A stretch of 20,000 nucleotides of DNA from an uncultured virus (IMG/VR IMGVR_UViG_3300035515_000418) (IMGVR_UViG_3300035515_000418), one strand, 5' to 3'. Counted from the stretch's first letter, positions 1 to 9,819 are shown. Numbers and translations: made by a program. Notes: a model not told the origin generated them from the sequence alone.

Positions 1-1
1 C

Positions 2-1069
2 TTTGTAATAGAGAACCATATAGCTTTAGAATATAATGGTATTGCTTTTCATAAAGAATTGATATCAGATAGGAAAAGTAAGAGTATAAGGGAATATGGA
101 ATAGATACAATCATAATAATAAATGAATGCATAGGGACATATGTTGATATTGAAAAGATAAACAATATAATAGTGATAAATCATGATATAAAATCTAAAA
201 ATTCATCTCTAAATAACTTTGACATACTTTTATCAAATTTAAGCAAAGTATTAGATGATTTAGGGGTAAAGGTGACTAAGATCACTGATAATGTGGATAT
301 AAAAGAGCTTGAAAAGAAAGCAATATTAAACAAAGGTATAGCACATAATAGTATAAATGAACTAGGGGATTATATTATGCAGGAATACTGTTATGAAAGT
401 AATCCAGACCCATTAACAGTTTCTAAAGGATCTAATAGTATAAAGATTAAATGGAAATGCAGAGATTGTGGATACATATATGAAGCTACACCACTAAATA
501 AAAAACGTGGTGACATGTGTCCAGTATGTTCAGGCAGAAGATTTGAGTCAGGATACAATGACTTATTGACAAAGTGTCCTGAAATAGCTACAGAGATTAA
601 AAATGATAATCCTAGGCTTATAAGATATAACTCAGCTGAAAAAGTGACATGGCTGTGTAGAAATTGTGGTTGTGAATGGGAAAGCAGAGTAGTAGATAGA
701 ACAGTATTAGATATGGCGTGCAGAAATTGTGGCTACGTAAAGATGTATAGGGATACACATAGAGAGTACAAATTTAAGGATATTAGCACTAAATATGAAG
801 TGCAATACTTTAAGTATAGAGATAGGGTAATTAATGAGGTATATGATGAAAAAGAGCTGCTCATACATATTATAAATAGTATACAGTCAGAATACTTAGA
901 CATACTATTATGTAATGAATATTTGATTACTGATGATTCTGGACAGCCAGTGATAAATTATAAGTTTCTGGCTAGTAGATATAAGGCAAAACAAAAAATA
1001 TATAAACTATTTGAATTACTAGGTTACAATGTGAATGATATTCTAGTGAAACCAGTTGAGATTATATAG
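2..1069 (+). CDS. 5'-truncated Vsr/DUF559-like endonuclease fused to two treble-clef zinc-ribbon (DUF4379-like) repeats; homing-endonuclease-like protein
   Basis: The frame is open from base 2 (FVIENHIALEYNGIAFHKELISDRKSKSIREYGIDTIIINE), resembling the EYxG..H / G+..+.+.E motif of Vsr-like nucleases. Two repeats follow: WKCRDCGYIYEA...CPVC and WLCRNCGCEWES...CRNC. The true start lies upstream of the window. Confidence 0.7.
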   Translation, partial: FVIENHIALEYNGIAFHKELISDRKSKSIREYGIDTIIIINECIGTYVDIEKINNIIVINHDIKSKNSSLNNFDILLSNLSKVLDDLGVKVTKITDNVDIKELEKKAILNKGIAHNSINELGDYIMQEYCYESNPDPLTVSKGSNSIKIKWKCRDCGYIYEATPLNKKRGDMCPVCSGRRFESGYNDLLTKCPEIATEIKNDNPRLIRYNSAEKVTWLCRNCGCEWESRVVDRTVLDMACRNCGYVKMYRDTHREYKFKDISTKYEVQYFKYRDRVINEVYDEKELLIHIINSIQSEYLDILLCNEYLITDDSGQPVINYKFLASRYKAKQKIYKLFELLGYNVNDILVKPVEII

Positions 1070-1083
1070 GAAGGTGAATAAAG

Positions 1084-1992
1084 ATGCCAATAGCAAAGAA
1101 AGAGGATTTACCAAATAATTTACAAGACATATGGGATAGAATGATAATGCCAGTGGATACAAACATAAGCTTTGATCAGGTAATATTGAGTCCAGAAAAT
1201 AAAGAGAAATATAGGCAGTTTATAAAAGAGCAGGAATATAGAGATAAATTGTACTCATATGGTTTGGAACCAGCTAACAGATTACTTTTATACGGCGCTT
1301 CTGGAACGGGAAAGACCTTTAGCTTAAAGGCTCTAAGCAACCTTCTTCAATATACAATGGTATATGTTGATATAGCACAATCACTCACTGATAATACAGT
1401 ATCAAAGAATATTTCAGATATATTTAAACTTGGAAACTATATAGCAGATAATTATGATGGTTGTATCATATTTTTCGATGAAGTTGACAGTATCGTGTGG
1501 AATAGAGATGCTTCGAGTGGTGAGGGAGGTGTTGCAAGAAGGGCAACAAATGCAGTATTTCAAGGACTTGACCAAATGTCTCACAAGGCTATATTTGCAA
1601 GTGCTACTAATCTATTGCACAGAATAGACCCCGCCTTTGAAAGACGATTTAATATGAAAATGATGTTTAAGCGACCAGATATGGATATGGACGAGTGTAT
1701 AAGGCATTTTATCTTCCCAAAGTTTATAATAGATGATGATGTAGATGATACTACACGAGAGATAGTAAAGAGGCGTGCAAAAGCTAATGCCAAGCTTAGT
1801 TATTATGAGATAGAAGAACTTGTAAAAAGAGCTATGAAAAATGCTGTGCTGAATGATACAAATATAGTAAGCACAGCTGAAATATATAAGGACCTTGCAA
1901 CCAATATGAATTTCAAGATAAAAGTGGGGACAGGAACAGATAATCCAGAAATATTTCAGAACAATTTGAGCTATGAGCCACACTATAATTAA
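1084..1992 (+). CDS. AAA+ family ATPase
   Basis: Walker A GASGTGKT, Walker B IIFFDEVD, sensor-1/SRH SATNLLHRIDPAFERRF; RBS GGAAGGTG upstream. Confidence 0.92.
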   Translation: MPIAKKEDLPNNLQDIWDRMIMPVDTNISFDQVILSPENKEKYRQFIKEQEYRDKLYSYGLEPANRLLLYGASGTGKTFSLKALSNLLQYTMVYVDIAQSLTDNTVSKNISDIFKLGNYIADNYDGCIIFFDEVDSIVWNRDASSGEGGVARRATNAVFQGLDQMSHKAIFASATNLLHRIDPAFERRFNMKMMFKRPDMDMDECIRHFIFPKFIIDDDVDDTTREIVKRRAKANAKLSYYEIEELVKRAMKNAVLNDTNIVSTAEIYKDLATNMNFKIKVGTGTDNPEIFQNNLSYEPHYN

Positions 1993-2029
1993 GAGTTCAA
2001 AAATATTTTAAATGATAAAGGTCATTGAT

Positions 2030-2058
2030 TTGACATTGTCTAGAATATATGTTATAAT
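2030..2058 (+). promoter_or_regulatory. sigma-A/sigma-70 promoter with extended -10
   Basis: TTGACA (2030-2035), 17-nt spacer, TGn-TATAAT (2053-2058). Confidence 0.85.
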
Positions 2059-2104
2059 ATATTTATGAATTTTAATTAAAGAGAATAGTTAGGAGAGATA
2101 CATT

Positions 2105-2746
2105 ATGAGTAGCATTATGCAAGACCAAATGACAGAGCAGGATATTATGGCAGCAATTATAAGAGCACAGATGCAAGGTGAAGTAACACCATCTGCTGAA
2201 GAAATGTACACATTGTTCAATGATGATACATCTAAAAAGAAAACTAAGAGTAGCAGTGGTACAAAAAAGACAAGACAGGCTACAGCTAAGCAGGAAGAAA
2301 AGCTAGTAGTAAGGCAGAGAATGGAAAAGGCGAATTGCTATAGAAATTTACCCTATACATTTCCAGTGAGAGTAGTGTTCAATAACCATGATATAAAGTA
2401 CAAAGAGCAAAGATGGAAAATACATGAGAGACAGGTAGTATACAACATAGAGCTTGTGGATAATGCTAAGATAGCTAGAGATATATCACTAAAGTTTGAT
2501 GGTGGTTCAGAGAAGGCTGCTGAGAGAGCTTATAAAGGTGAAACAAGATACTATAAGATAGTAACCTATGAATCAGTACCAAATGGTTGGGAAGTAATTG
2601 GATATGTGAAAGTATCATTCAATAGTAAAGAGAATAGATTGGTGACAAGGACAAAGCTATTTGATAGTATATTGAAACAGGCTAATTGTGATACAGAGCA
2701 GGCAAAGAAAGTAATAGTAAGCACAGTAAAAGAGAACATAGGTTAA
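2105..2746 (+). CDS. hypothetical protein
   Basis: 213-aa ORF with AGGAG RBS directly after the promoter; no family recognised. Confidence 0.8.
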   Translation: MSSIMQDQMTEQDIMAAIIRAQMQGEVTPSAEEMYTLFNDDTSKKKTKSSSGTKKTRQATAKQEEKLVVRQRMEKANCYRNLPYTFPVRVVFNNHDIKYKEQRWKIHERQVVYNIELVDNAKIARDISLKFDGGSEKAAERAYKGETRYYKIVTYESVPNGWEVIGYVKVSFNSKENRLVTRTKLFDSILKQANCDTEQAKKVIVSTVKENIG

Positions 2747-2773
2747 GAAAATTAAATCAAGAGGTTATACATA

Positions 2774-3685
2774 ATGGAAACTAATAGGTCACCTTTTGGA
2801 ACAAAGTTAATGACTATATTAATAATATTAGTAATACTTACAGCCTTGTTGTTTGTAAAGGGGTACATCAGTGGTTTTAACACAGCTTCTGGTGAAACCT
2901 CTAGTAAGGCGGTACAAGATTTTAATTCAATAGCAAATGTACAGAATAGATATAACTTGATACTTCCTGATTTTGTGACTAGCTATACAAATGAAAATGA
3001 TGACTTGAATATAGAAGTTACAATGAATCAGATTATAGAGATATACACTGATGAATTTGTAGTAAAAGTAATGCCATTTGTAAATAACAATGCAGACCCT
3101 TTGGGGTTATATGAGAGTGACTCAAATACAGTTGATTTAATGTATTTAGTTAAGAGTGACAGCAATGAGAACAGTATAAATTTTGTAAGATACAGGACAG
3201 GAATACCAAGTTATGAGCATTGTACAGCAATTAATTATTGTACAGAGTCAATGGCATATGGCATATTAATAGGAAACATTATAAGTGAACAAGAGGTATT
3301 TGATTTAATTAATATAGACAAAGACAATTTAGAACAGACAGACAAGATAAGTAATGACGGAATAGTTGAAAGTGAAACAGACACAGATACAGAGAATAGC
3401 ATAATAAAAGTAAATAATACAGAAATAAGTTTACCAGTTACAAAGTCAAAAATTGAGAGAGTTGACCTTGACGGTGTAACATCATTATTTATAGATGATA
3501 CAATGATTATAAGTATAGTGTACAACGATTATGATATAAAGAACAATACATATGGTGGACAATCAGAGATAACAATAGATACAAATATGAAAATATATTA
3601 CATGAGTGATAATCCATTTGAAATAGGTACATATGCATATAACGATTATAATAACATAAAAGAATACTTGGATAGTTTTAATTAA
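2774..3685 (+). CDS. membrane-anchored/secreted acidic protein, function unknown
   Basis: N-terminal hydrophobic segment LMTILIILVILTALLFV followed by an acidic Asn/Asp-rich domain; GAGG RBS. Confidence 0.75.
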   Translation: METNRSPFGTKLMTILIILVILTALLFVKGYISGFNTASGETSSKAVQDFNSIANVQNRYNLILPDFVTSYTNENDDLNIEVTMNQIIEIYTDEFVVKVMPFVNNNADPLGLYESDSNTVDLMYLVKSDSNENSINFVRYRTGIPSYEHCTAINYCTESMAYGILIGNIISEQEVFDLINIDKDNLEQTDKISNDGIVESETDTDTENSIIKVNNTEISLPVTKSKIERVDLDGVTSLFIDDTMIISIVYNDYDIKNNTYGGQSEITIDTNMKIYYMSDNPFEIGTYAYNDYNNIKEYLDSFN

Positions 3686-3702
3686 ATTGAGAGGATATAT
3701 AA

Positions 3703-4875
3703 ATGAAAGCTGAAATCAAAGACCTTGTAAGGGTAGTTTATGATAGTATAGTTGAGGAAAAAGAAAATTGCATGATATGTAAGTCAGGTGACCAAAAAGT
3801 TTTACTGAATGACTCTGGTAACGAGGTAATGAGAATAAGGAGTACAGATAGGTTAATTGATATAGACTCAAATAACATAATAGGTGTAGAATTGCACTAT
3901 GAGGAAGAAATAATACTGATAAACATGCTTAATAAAGTGCAATGCAAGTTAAAAATACCAAGTAGAGTAAGACATTTTCATGTTATAAGTATTAAAGATA
4001 AAGTAATATTTGTAGTATTTGACGATGCAGGTTTAGTAATACTAAATTCTAGGTTTGATATAATAGGTGAACTTACAAATGATCTTGCACTAGCTGGATA
4101 TAATGTGAGACATTATAAATTAACTAATAACATATATAATATATATGTACACTCATATTTATATGCAATATCATCAGATTATGGCAATTATGAAATAAAA
4201 GTTGACATAGACAAGGAAAGTGTACTTTATTATAACAGAAAGGACATACTAAATTCAGATTATGCGGCAGTAGCTACAGAGCAGGATGAATATTCAAAAT
4301 ATCTTAAGTATAGATTAGAAATACATGGTAGAGTAATCAATTCAAAATATGGCTATCATAGAATAGAAAAACCAATGCAGTTGAAAAATACAGATATGTT
4401 TCAAGTCTATGATATACAAGATAATACCAAGGGTAAGTTTCTGACAGGCATTATAGATGAACAAGGAACAGAAATAATAAAACCAGTGTACAGAGATATA
4501 GAGTTCATTGGCAAGGACGTGTTTTTACTAAAGAGAATTGACCATAATGAGAATAGTAAATACTCAGTATACAGTAGGGAAAAAGGTGTAATACTAAATG
4601 AAAATGATGTACAAAATGCAGTTATACACCCGTCTTTACCAATGGCTATGATGTGGCTTAACAATGGAACATTCCACTTAGTAAATAAAAGTGGTGAAAT
4701 ATTCGGAACAGACCAGTTGAATAAGAAATTTAAGTGTAGTTATAATAGTGAGTACAATGATATAATAAAGGTTGACCTAGGATATAAGACTGTATACATA
4801 ACAAATAGATTGGTACCTGTGACTAAGTGTGATATTATAGAAAAGTTAAATAGTAATACTTGGATAAAAATGTAA
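3703..4875 (+). CDS. beta-rich protein with a WG-repeat-like segment
   Basis: TGIIDEQGTEIIKPVYRDIEF resembles a WG/KWG beta-repeat; GAGG RBS. Confidence 0.6.
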   Translation: MKAEIKDLVRVVYDSIVEEKENCMICKSGDQKVLLNDSGNEVMRIRSTDRLIDIDSNNIIGVELHYEEEIILINMLNKVQCKLKIPSRVRHFHVISIKDKVIFVVFDDAGLVILNSRFDIIGELTNDLALAGYNVRHYKLTNNIYNIYVHSYLYAISSDYGNYEIKVDIDKESVLYYNRKDILNSDYAAVATEQDEYSKYLKYRLEIHGRVINSKYGYHRIEKPMQLKNTDMFQVYDIQDNTKGKFLTGIIDEQGTEIIKPVYRDIEFIGKDVFLLKRIDHNENSKYSVYSREKGVILNENDVQNAVIHPSLPMAMMWLNNGTFHLVNKSGEIFGTDQLNKKFKCSYNSEYNDIIKVDLGYKTVYITNRLVPVTKCDIIEKLNSNTWIKM

Positions 4876-5072
4876 ATAACTTGAAAAATATAAAAATATA
4901 CAGTTTTAAAAGAAGTAAGAAGAATTTTTGACATGTTGTTATAAATGAGAACCTGTTGTTAAATAATAGATATACAGCATAATCTCAAAGATGTCTTTGA
5001 AAGATACATTGTAATTAAAAGTGGGTATATTTATTAAATGAAATAGCCAATAACTTTAATAGGAGATTAACA

Positions 5073-5501
5073 ATGAGAACAATTAAAGAACAGCTAAGAG
5101 AACAATTATTACATGTATACTTAAGACAGATTGAACAGATTAACAACAATAAGCAAGCAGAAGGGGGACTGTACATGATAATAGCACAGGAACTTGTAGA
5201 TGAAAGATTGAACAATGCAAACATAGTAGTAGACAATGAGATAAGGGTAGAAGTTATGGACTTAATTGAGGATAAGAATACAGTTGAAGAAAACGGAGCT
5301 TGGATTTATTCAGATGGTACAGTGGATAAATGGGAGTTTAGAAGATGTAATACAATAGCTGAGGCTGTTCGGGCAGCTATACATATGATAAATGCAAAGG
5401 TGCTTTGCAATGGTGAAGAAATAGTATATGACAGTTTGAATGAGAATACTGCATATTACATAGATAAAAGAACAAATGAGGCTAAAATGGTTGCAATTTA
5501 A
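5073..5501 (+). CDS. hypothetical protein
   Basis: 142-aa ORF with AGGAG RBS. Confidence 0.8.
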   Translation: MRTIKEQLREQLLHVYLRQIEQINNNKQAEGGLYMIIAQELVDERLNNANIVVDNEIRVEVMDLIEDKNTVEENGAWIYSDGTVDKWEFRRCNTIAEAVRAAIHMINAKVLCNGEEIVYDSLNENTAYYIDKRTNEAKMVAI

Positions 5502-5518
5502 AGTTAGAGGAAATGCAT

Positions 5519-5923
5519 ATGTCAGCATGTAAAGAAAATGATAAAGCAGTAACAATTAAAAATGATAAAGTGTACAGTAGTTATTATGCTAGAGCGTGCA
5601 AAATATTTCCTGACTGGCGTCTTGTAGGCATAAGTAGAAAAATACCAGACAATTTCAATGGTGAAATACTCAAAGAATTGGCACCATCAAGTAGCCTGTT
5701 ATACAATTATAAAAATGATAGTATTTCTGATAAAGAATACTGTGAGACATATAAATTAGAAACCTTAGACATGTTAAATCCAGTGGAAGTCTATGAAAAA
5801 TTAAAGGGAAAAGTGATACTGTGTTATTGTGGCAGTGAAAGTTTTTGCCACAGACATTTAGTAATAAATTGGTTGAGAGAGAATTTAGATGATAACATAA
5901 TTGGTGGTGAGATAGAAAAGTGA
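5519..5923 (+). CDS. DUF488-like protein (rhodanese-phosphatase superfamily)
   Basis: YSSYY...VGISR...ELAPS...ILCYCGSESFCHRHLVINWL matches the DUF488 C-x5/7-CHR pattern. Start placed at ATG 5519, 8 nt after GAGG. Confidence 0.72.
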   Translation: MSACKENDKAVTIKNDKVYSSYYARACKIFPDWRLVGISRKIPDNFNGEILKELAPSSSLLYNYKNDSISDKEYCETYKLETLDMLNPVEVYEKLKGKVILCYCGSESFCHRHLVINWLRENLDDNIIGGEIEK

Positions 5924-5945
5924 GTTTAGAAAGGAATGACATAAG

Positions 5946-6608
5946 TTGAAATTTAAACAACACTTAAGAGTAGGCAGATATATATTGGACAATCTGCATA
6001 GCAATAAGATAATAGAGGATAATATAAATGGCGTAGAGATAAATAAAATAGTATTTCTATTTGGAAATGTAGCACCTGATTTGAATTGTGTTTATCCAGC
6101 ACATAGATTAAAGACTACAGAGCATAGGTTTTATAACAGACTAATGATAGCTGACAGAACAGACTCAAAATTGATAAAATCATTTACATTAGGTATAATT
6201 ACTCATTATATATGTGATTATTTCTGTTATGCACATAACATAGAATCATTAGGTGTAAAGCATAAATCATATGAAACAAATTTATATGAATATTATAATA
6301 AGCACCTAGCAGAAATAGAGAAAGATAAAACAGATTTAGTTAAGATGTGGCATAATGTAGTAGTCAAGAGTCATGATGATAATATTGAAAATGATGAATT
6401 AACCAATGAAACACATTGCAAGATGATAATTGATACAATTAAATTGATGAATGAGTCATATATGAAAAATACAGGTGACAAGAAAGATAAAGATAAAGAT
6501 TGGTTTGAAAGAAAGAGCCAGATGAAAATAGATTTAGAATATGCTCAGTTTGTAATAGAGCAGGTAATATACTTATTGACAGAGCCAGAGAGATGTTTAG
6601 AGATTTAA
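5946..6608 (+). CDS. zinc-dependent phospholipase C family protein
   Basis: N-terminal His, FLFGNVAPDL, PAH, LGIITHYICDYFCYAHN and H..YE metal-ligand motifs; TTG start with AAAGGA RBS. Confidence 0.8.
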   Translation: MKFKQHLRVGRYILDNLHSNKIIEDNINGVEINKIVFLFGNVAPDLNCVYPAHRLKTTEHRFYNRLMIADRTDSKLIKSFTLGIITHYICDYFCYAHNIESLGVKHKSYETNLYEYYNKHLAEIEKDKTDLVKMWHNVVVKSHDDNIENDELTNETHCKMIIDTIKLMNESYMKNTGDKKDKDKDWFERKSQMKIDLEYAQFVIEQVIYLLTEPERCLEI

Positions 6609-6631
6609 GAATTATACAGGAGGGAAATATT

Positions 6632-6847
6632 ATGGTACAGATAGGTATGGAAGTGTACATTCATAACGAATTAGGACAGAAGGCAAAAGTAGGTGACAAG
6701 GTATATCTTGAGCTCATGGTTCAAGGTTGGATAGACAAAGATAGACCATATACGATAACAGAAATAAGACCTGATGGAACAGTTGTGCTTAATGATTGTA
6801 TTTGTCAACATTCAATGGGCATAGTAAATTTCAAGAAAGTAAAGTAA
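6632..6847 (+). CDS. small hypothetical protein (possible SH3/KOW-like barrel)
   Basis: AGGAGG at 6618-6623 precedes ATG 6632; the KVGDKV...YTITEIRPDGTVVL pattern suggests a small beta-barrel. Confidence 0.7.
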   Translation: MVQIGMEVYIHNELGQKAKVGDKVYLELMVQGWIDKDRPYTITEIRPDGTVVLNDCICQHSMGIVNFKKVK

Positions 6848-6881
6848 AAATCATTAGAGCATAAGATTGGAGAGAAATACT

Positions 6882-7586
6882 ATGAGAGCCACAGTGTTTG
6901 GTCGTGAAGTAAAATATAATAATCAGGGTGTACTAATGGGAATTAATCTAGGGTTTAACTTTTATGCAGAGCATGAAGCAGGTACTCTTGAAATGGTACA
7001 CAATATAAATTCAGATAACTCAGTAAATATTGATAAAGTACAAAGTGAAAACTTGGGAAAAGTTAAGTCAAATTTAAAGTACAATAAGTTAGTAAATAAA
7101 GACATTCAGGAAGTAAGTAAATGGAAAAATACACCATTTGCTGAATACGTATTAAAACCAAGTGCACCAATGTATTACAGACCAGTAACAATTGATAATA
7201 CAGAGATACAGAAAGAATATACAAATTTCCTGTTAGATAAAGGTGATTACTTTTTATTTATGGTGTCTAAGCAGAGTAACATAGATAGACTTAAGGAAAG
7301 ACTTGGTAATAAGAGGAAATTCAGTGAAAAGGATATGTTCTACATGTTAGATTATCAACCAAACACAGGAACAAGTAGTGTAAGTAATTTTTATTTTGCA
7401 GCTGCATGGGACTCAAGTGGATTTGAACTTCTAATAAAGAGGGGCATAAGGGGCGAGCAGGTAATAGGACTATTGGAATCTGCAATAAAAGGTGGAAATC
7501 TTGCAATAATTCCAGAAGCAGAAGCAATGTTCAATACTGGTAAGGGATGCTTCCTGGTATTATTGAACACAGTATGTAATTCATAA
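6882..7586 (+). CDS. hypothetical protein
   Basis: GGAG RBS before ATG 6882; long ORF with no recognised family. Confidence 0.78.
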   Translation: MRATVFGREVKYNNQGVLMGINLGFNFYAEHEAGTLEMVHNINSDNSVNIDKVQSENLGKVKSNLKYNKLVNKDIQEVSKWKNTPFAEYVLKPSAPMYYRPVTIDNTEIQKEYTNFLLDKGDYFLFMVSKQSNIDRLKERLGNKRKFSEKDMFYMLDYQPNTGTSSVSNFYFAAAWDSSGFELLIKRGIRGEQVIGLLESAIKGGNLAIIPEAEAMFNTGKGCFLVLLNTVCNS

Positions 7587-7893
7587 AGTGCTTCAGGTTA
7601 AAGAAGATAACCAGTTTATGTAGTAGATAAACATATGAATTAAAATAATTAATACATATGGGTTAAAAATGTGATATACCTAAAACTAAAATTTTTTGAA
7701 TTTTTGAAAAAGTATGCATTGGGGTTAAAAATTGGGATGCATTCAACCATACAGTACCAATTTTCAATATCAAAATATTTCAAAAAATTGATAAATGAAG
7801 TGAACTAGGTCAATATTTGTAATATAGTATTACATCAAAATAAATAGCCAAACTAGTGAGAAAAATAAAATAAAAGAAAGTGAAAAAGAGAAT

Positions 7894-8646
7894 ATGTTTA
7901 ATTGGAATCCATGGCATGGATGTCATAAATACTCAGAGGGGTGTAAGAACTGTTACATGTTTGTACTTGATGAGAGACGTGGTGGAAATCCTAATACAGT
8001 AGTACAATCAGCCACAATGTTTGATTATCCAGTACAAAGATGCAAGAATGGAACATACAAGTTCAAAGGTCATTATTTACAGTGCTGTTTCACTTCGGAC
8101 TTCTTTATAGAGGAGGCTGACCAGTGGAGAAATGAAATATGGGCAATGTTGAGAGAACGTAGTGACGTTAAGTTCTTAATATATACAAAGAGAGTAGAAA
8201 GAATGACACAATGTCTTCCACCAGACTGGGGTGAAGGTTGGGACAATGTATTATTTGTTGTAACAACAGAAAATCAGAGACAGGCAGACCATAGAATACC
8301 AATATTTCTGAGTATACCCTGTAAATGGAGAGGTATAGCAGTATCACCAATGCTAGAACATATAGATATATCAAAATACCTTGAAACAGGTGAAATAGAT
8401 GAGGTATTTGTCTGTGGTGAGGGGTATAGTAATACATCAGTAGTTCTTGAATATGACTGGGTGACAGATTTAAGAGAACAGTGTATAAATAATAAGGTCA
8501 GTTTCTTGTTTAAGGAAACTGGTAACTTCTTAAGAATGAATGGAAAGGTATATAAAATACCTTATGCTAAACAGATAGAACAAGCTGAAAAAGCAAATAT
8601 CAATAAAAAATTTGCAAAGAAATTAAGGCAGAAAAGGAACAATTAA
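7894..8646 (+). CDS. DUF5131 / phage Gp37-Gp68 family radical-SAM-like protein
   Basis: WNPWHGCHKYSEGCKNCY (CX6CX2C), FTSDFF, YTKR, TTENQ, SPMLE, WV..LREQC and FLFKETG family motifs. Confidence 0.88.
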   Translation: MFNWNPWHGCHKYSEGCKNCYMFVLDERRGGNPNTVVQSATMFDYPVQRCKNGTYKFKGHYLQCCFTSDFFIEEADQWRNEIWAMLRERSDVKFLIYTKRVERMTQCLPPDWGEGWDNVLFVVTTENQRQADHRIPIFLSIPCKWRGIAVSPMLEHIDISKYLETGEIDEVFVCGEGYSNTSVVLEYDWVTDLREQCINNKVSFLFKETGNFLRMNGKVYKIPYAKQIEQAEKANINKKFAKKLRQKRNN

Positions 8647-8664
8647 AACCAAAGGATAGAATTT

Positions 8665-9186
8665 ATGCTAATTATAAGTAACATATTGGGTGCCTTGTCA
8701 GACGGGCTTTGTGGTGTGTCTGGGCTAGCAAAGACAAAAAGACAAATAATATTAATAAATACAGTATCAAATATATTGGGAATCCTATGTGACTTAATAA
8801 TAGGTGGATATACAGCAGTAACTACACTGGTAATGTCATGTATAGGTGAGTTGCTGAACTATAAGAAAGAAAGAGGTAAGCTTTATAGTACAGTGTATGT
8901 CATAGTATTAATTATAATAAGTACAATATTTAGTACCAATGGCTTAATAGATGCGCTTCCAGTAATAGCAAATGCAGAGTATATAGTTGTAGTGTCATGT
9001 ACAAAAGAAACAATACATACAAAAATGGCTTTATTAGTTAATACAATGCTATGGTGTATATTTAATATATCATTTAGATTATATGCTTCAGCAATAATAG
9101 AAATAATATGTATCATAATAATTTTCAGTAAGATAGTCATGTATTATAAGAGTAAGTCATATACAGAAAACTCAGAACTTGATTAA
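8665..9186 (+). CDS. YgjV-like inner membrane protein
   Basis: About six hydrophobic helices; K.KRQII, IGGYTA and LWCIFNI...YAS pattern resembles the YgjV family. Confidence 0.65.
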   Translation: MLIISNILGALSDGLCGVSGLAKTKRQIILINTVSNILGILCDLIIGGYTAVTTLVMSCIGELLNYKKERGKLYSTVYVIVLIIISTIFSTNGLIDALPVIANAEYIVVVSCTKETIHTKMALLVNTMLWCIFNISFRLYASAIIEIICIIIIFSKIVMYYKSKSYTENSELD

Positions 9187-9214
9187 TGATTTTTCGATTA
9201 AAATAAAAATCAAA

Positions 9215-9247
9215 AGAATTTTTGTCCAATAGGTTGACAAAAATTCT
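9215..9247. repeat. perfect 12-bp inverted repeat overlapping a -35 box
   Basis: AGAATTTTTGTC (9215-9226), 9-nt spacer, GACAAAAATTCT (9236-9247). Confidence 0.85.
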
Positions 9248-9262
9248 GGAATGTGTTAGAAT
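9234..9262 (+). promoter_or_regulatory. sigma-A promoter
   Basis: TTGACA (9234-9239), 17 nt, TGn-TAGAAT (9257-9262). Confidence 0.75.
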
Positions 9263-9295
9263 AGATTTAGAAATTAAGGAAGGAAAGTTGATGAA

Positions 9296-9406
9296 ATGGA
9301 TACAGTAGTAATAAATTGTAATACATTTGAATATAGCACATATAAAGAAGGTTCATCTTTTAGAAAAGAAGATGAGCTCGTTTTTGTGCAATTAAATAAA
9401 GTGTGA
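9296..9406 (+). CDS. 36-aa small protein (MDTVVINCNTFEYSTYKEGSSFRKEDELVFVQLNKV)
   Basis: Lies between the 9234 promoter with an AAGGAAGG RBS-like tract and the 9448 terminator; below the ORF-track cutoff. Confidence 0.5.
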   Translation: MDTVVINCNTFEYSTYKEGSSFRKEDELVFVQLNKV

Positions 9407-9447
9407 TACAATGAACTATTAAACTAAAATCAACTAATATTATAAGA

Positions 9448-9487
9448 GGCTGATAAGAATAATTTAGTTCTTGTCAGCTTTTATTTT
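9448..9487 (+). terminator. intrinsic terminator
   Basis: GGCTGATAAGAA / TTCTTGTCAGCT stem followed by TTTATTTT. Confidence 0.75.
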
Positions 9488-9507
9488 ATGCAGTGGAGGA
9501 TAACATA

Positions 9508-9576
9508 TTGAAAGAATCTAAAAACAGTGATGAAAGTGAGTATGCAGAGAAATTTATAACTCAATACAATTTGTAA
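9508..9576 (+). CDS. possible 22-aa micropeptide (MKESKNSDESEYAEKFITQYNL)
   Basis: GGAGG followed by a TTG start; very short and may be a relic. Confidence 0.3.
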   Translation: MKESKNSDESEYAEKFITQYNL

Positions 9577-9665
9577 AGTAGGCTGCCAAAGGTGGTCTAT
9601 TAAGGTACACTAAAAATCAAGAGGTCATCATTTGAAAAATTTTTAATATTTTTTGGAAAAATGTG

Positions 9666-9694
9666 TTGACGAATAGTAAGAAATATGTTATAAT
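9666..9694 (+). promoter_or_regulatory. sigma-A promoter of the tRNA cluster
   Basis: TTGACG (9666-9671), 17 nt, TGn-TATAAT (9689-9694); A/T tracts upstream (UP-like). Confidence 0.85.
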
Positions 9695-9730
9695 ATATTT
9701 AAAGTTAATAAAAAGAGGAAAATACATTAG

Positions 9731-9803
9731 GTGTCATTAGCTCAGATGGTAGAGCACTTGACTTTTAATCAAGGCGTCGAGGGTTCAAGTCCCTCATGAC
9801 ACA
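9731..9803 (+). tRNA. tRNA-Lys(UUU)
   Basis: Acceptor GTGTCAT/ATGACAC, D-stem GCTC/GAGC, anticodon arm CTTGA-CTTTTAA-TCAAG, T-arm GAGGG-TTCAAGT-CCCTC; no encoded CCA. Confidence 0.96.
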
Positions 9804-9819
9804 CTAGGTAGTTTAATAT

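Noticed and set aside
4928..4960. TTGACA as a promoter -35 box
   Set aside because: No -10 hexamer at 16-18 nt spacing.
4965..5035. Possible third ACAGCA-type RNA (AATAGATATAC/GTATATTTATT helix with a TCAAAG/CTTTGA hairpin)
   Set aside because: Lacks the GGTATAC-AA-ACAGCAA spacing, the GT bulge and a 7-nt anticodon loop; AT-rich pairing could be chance.
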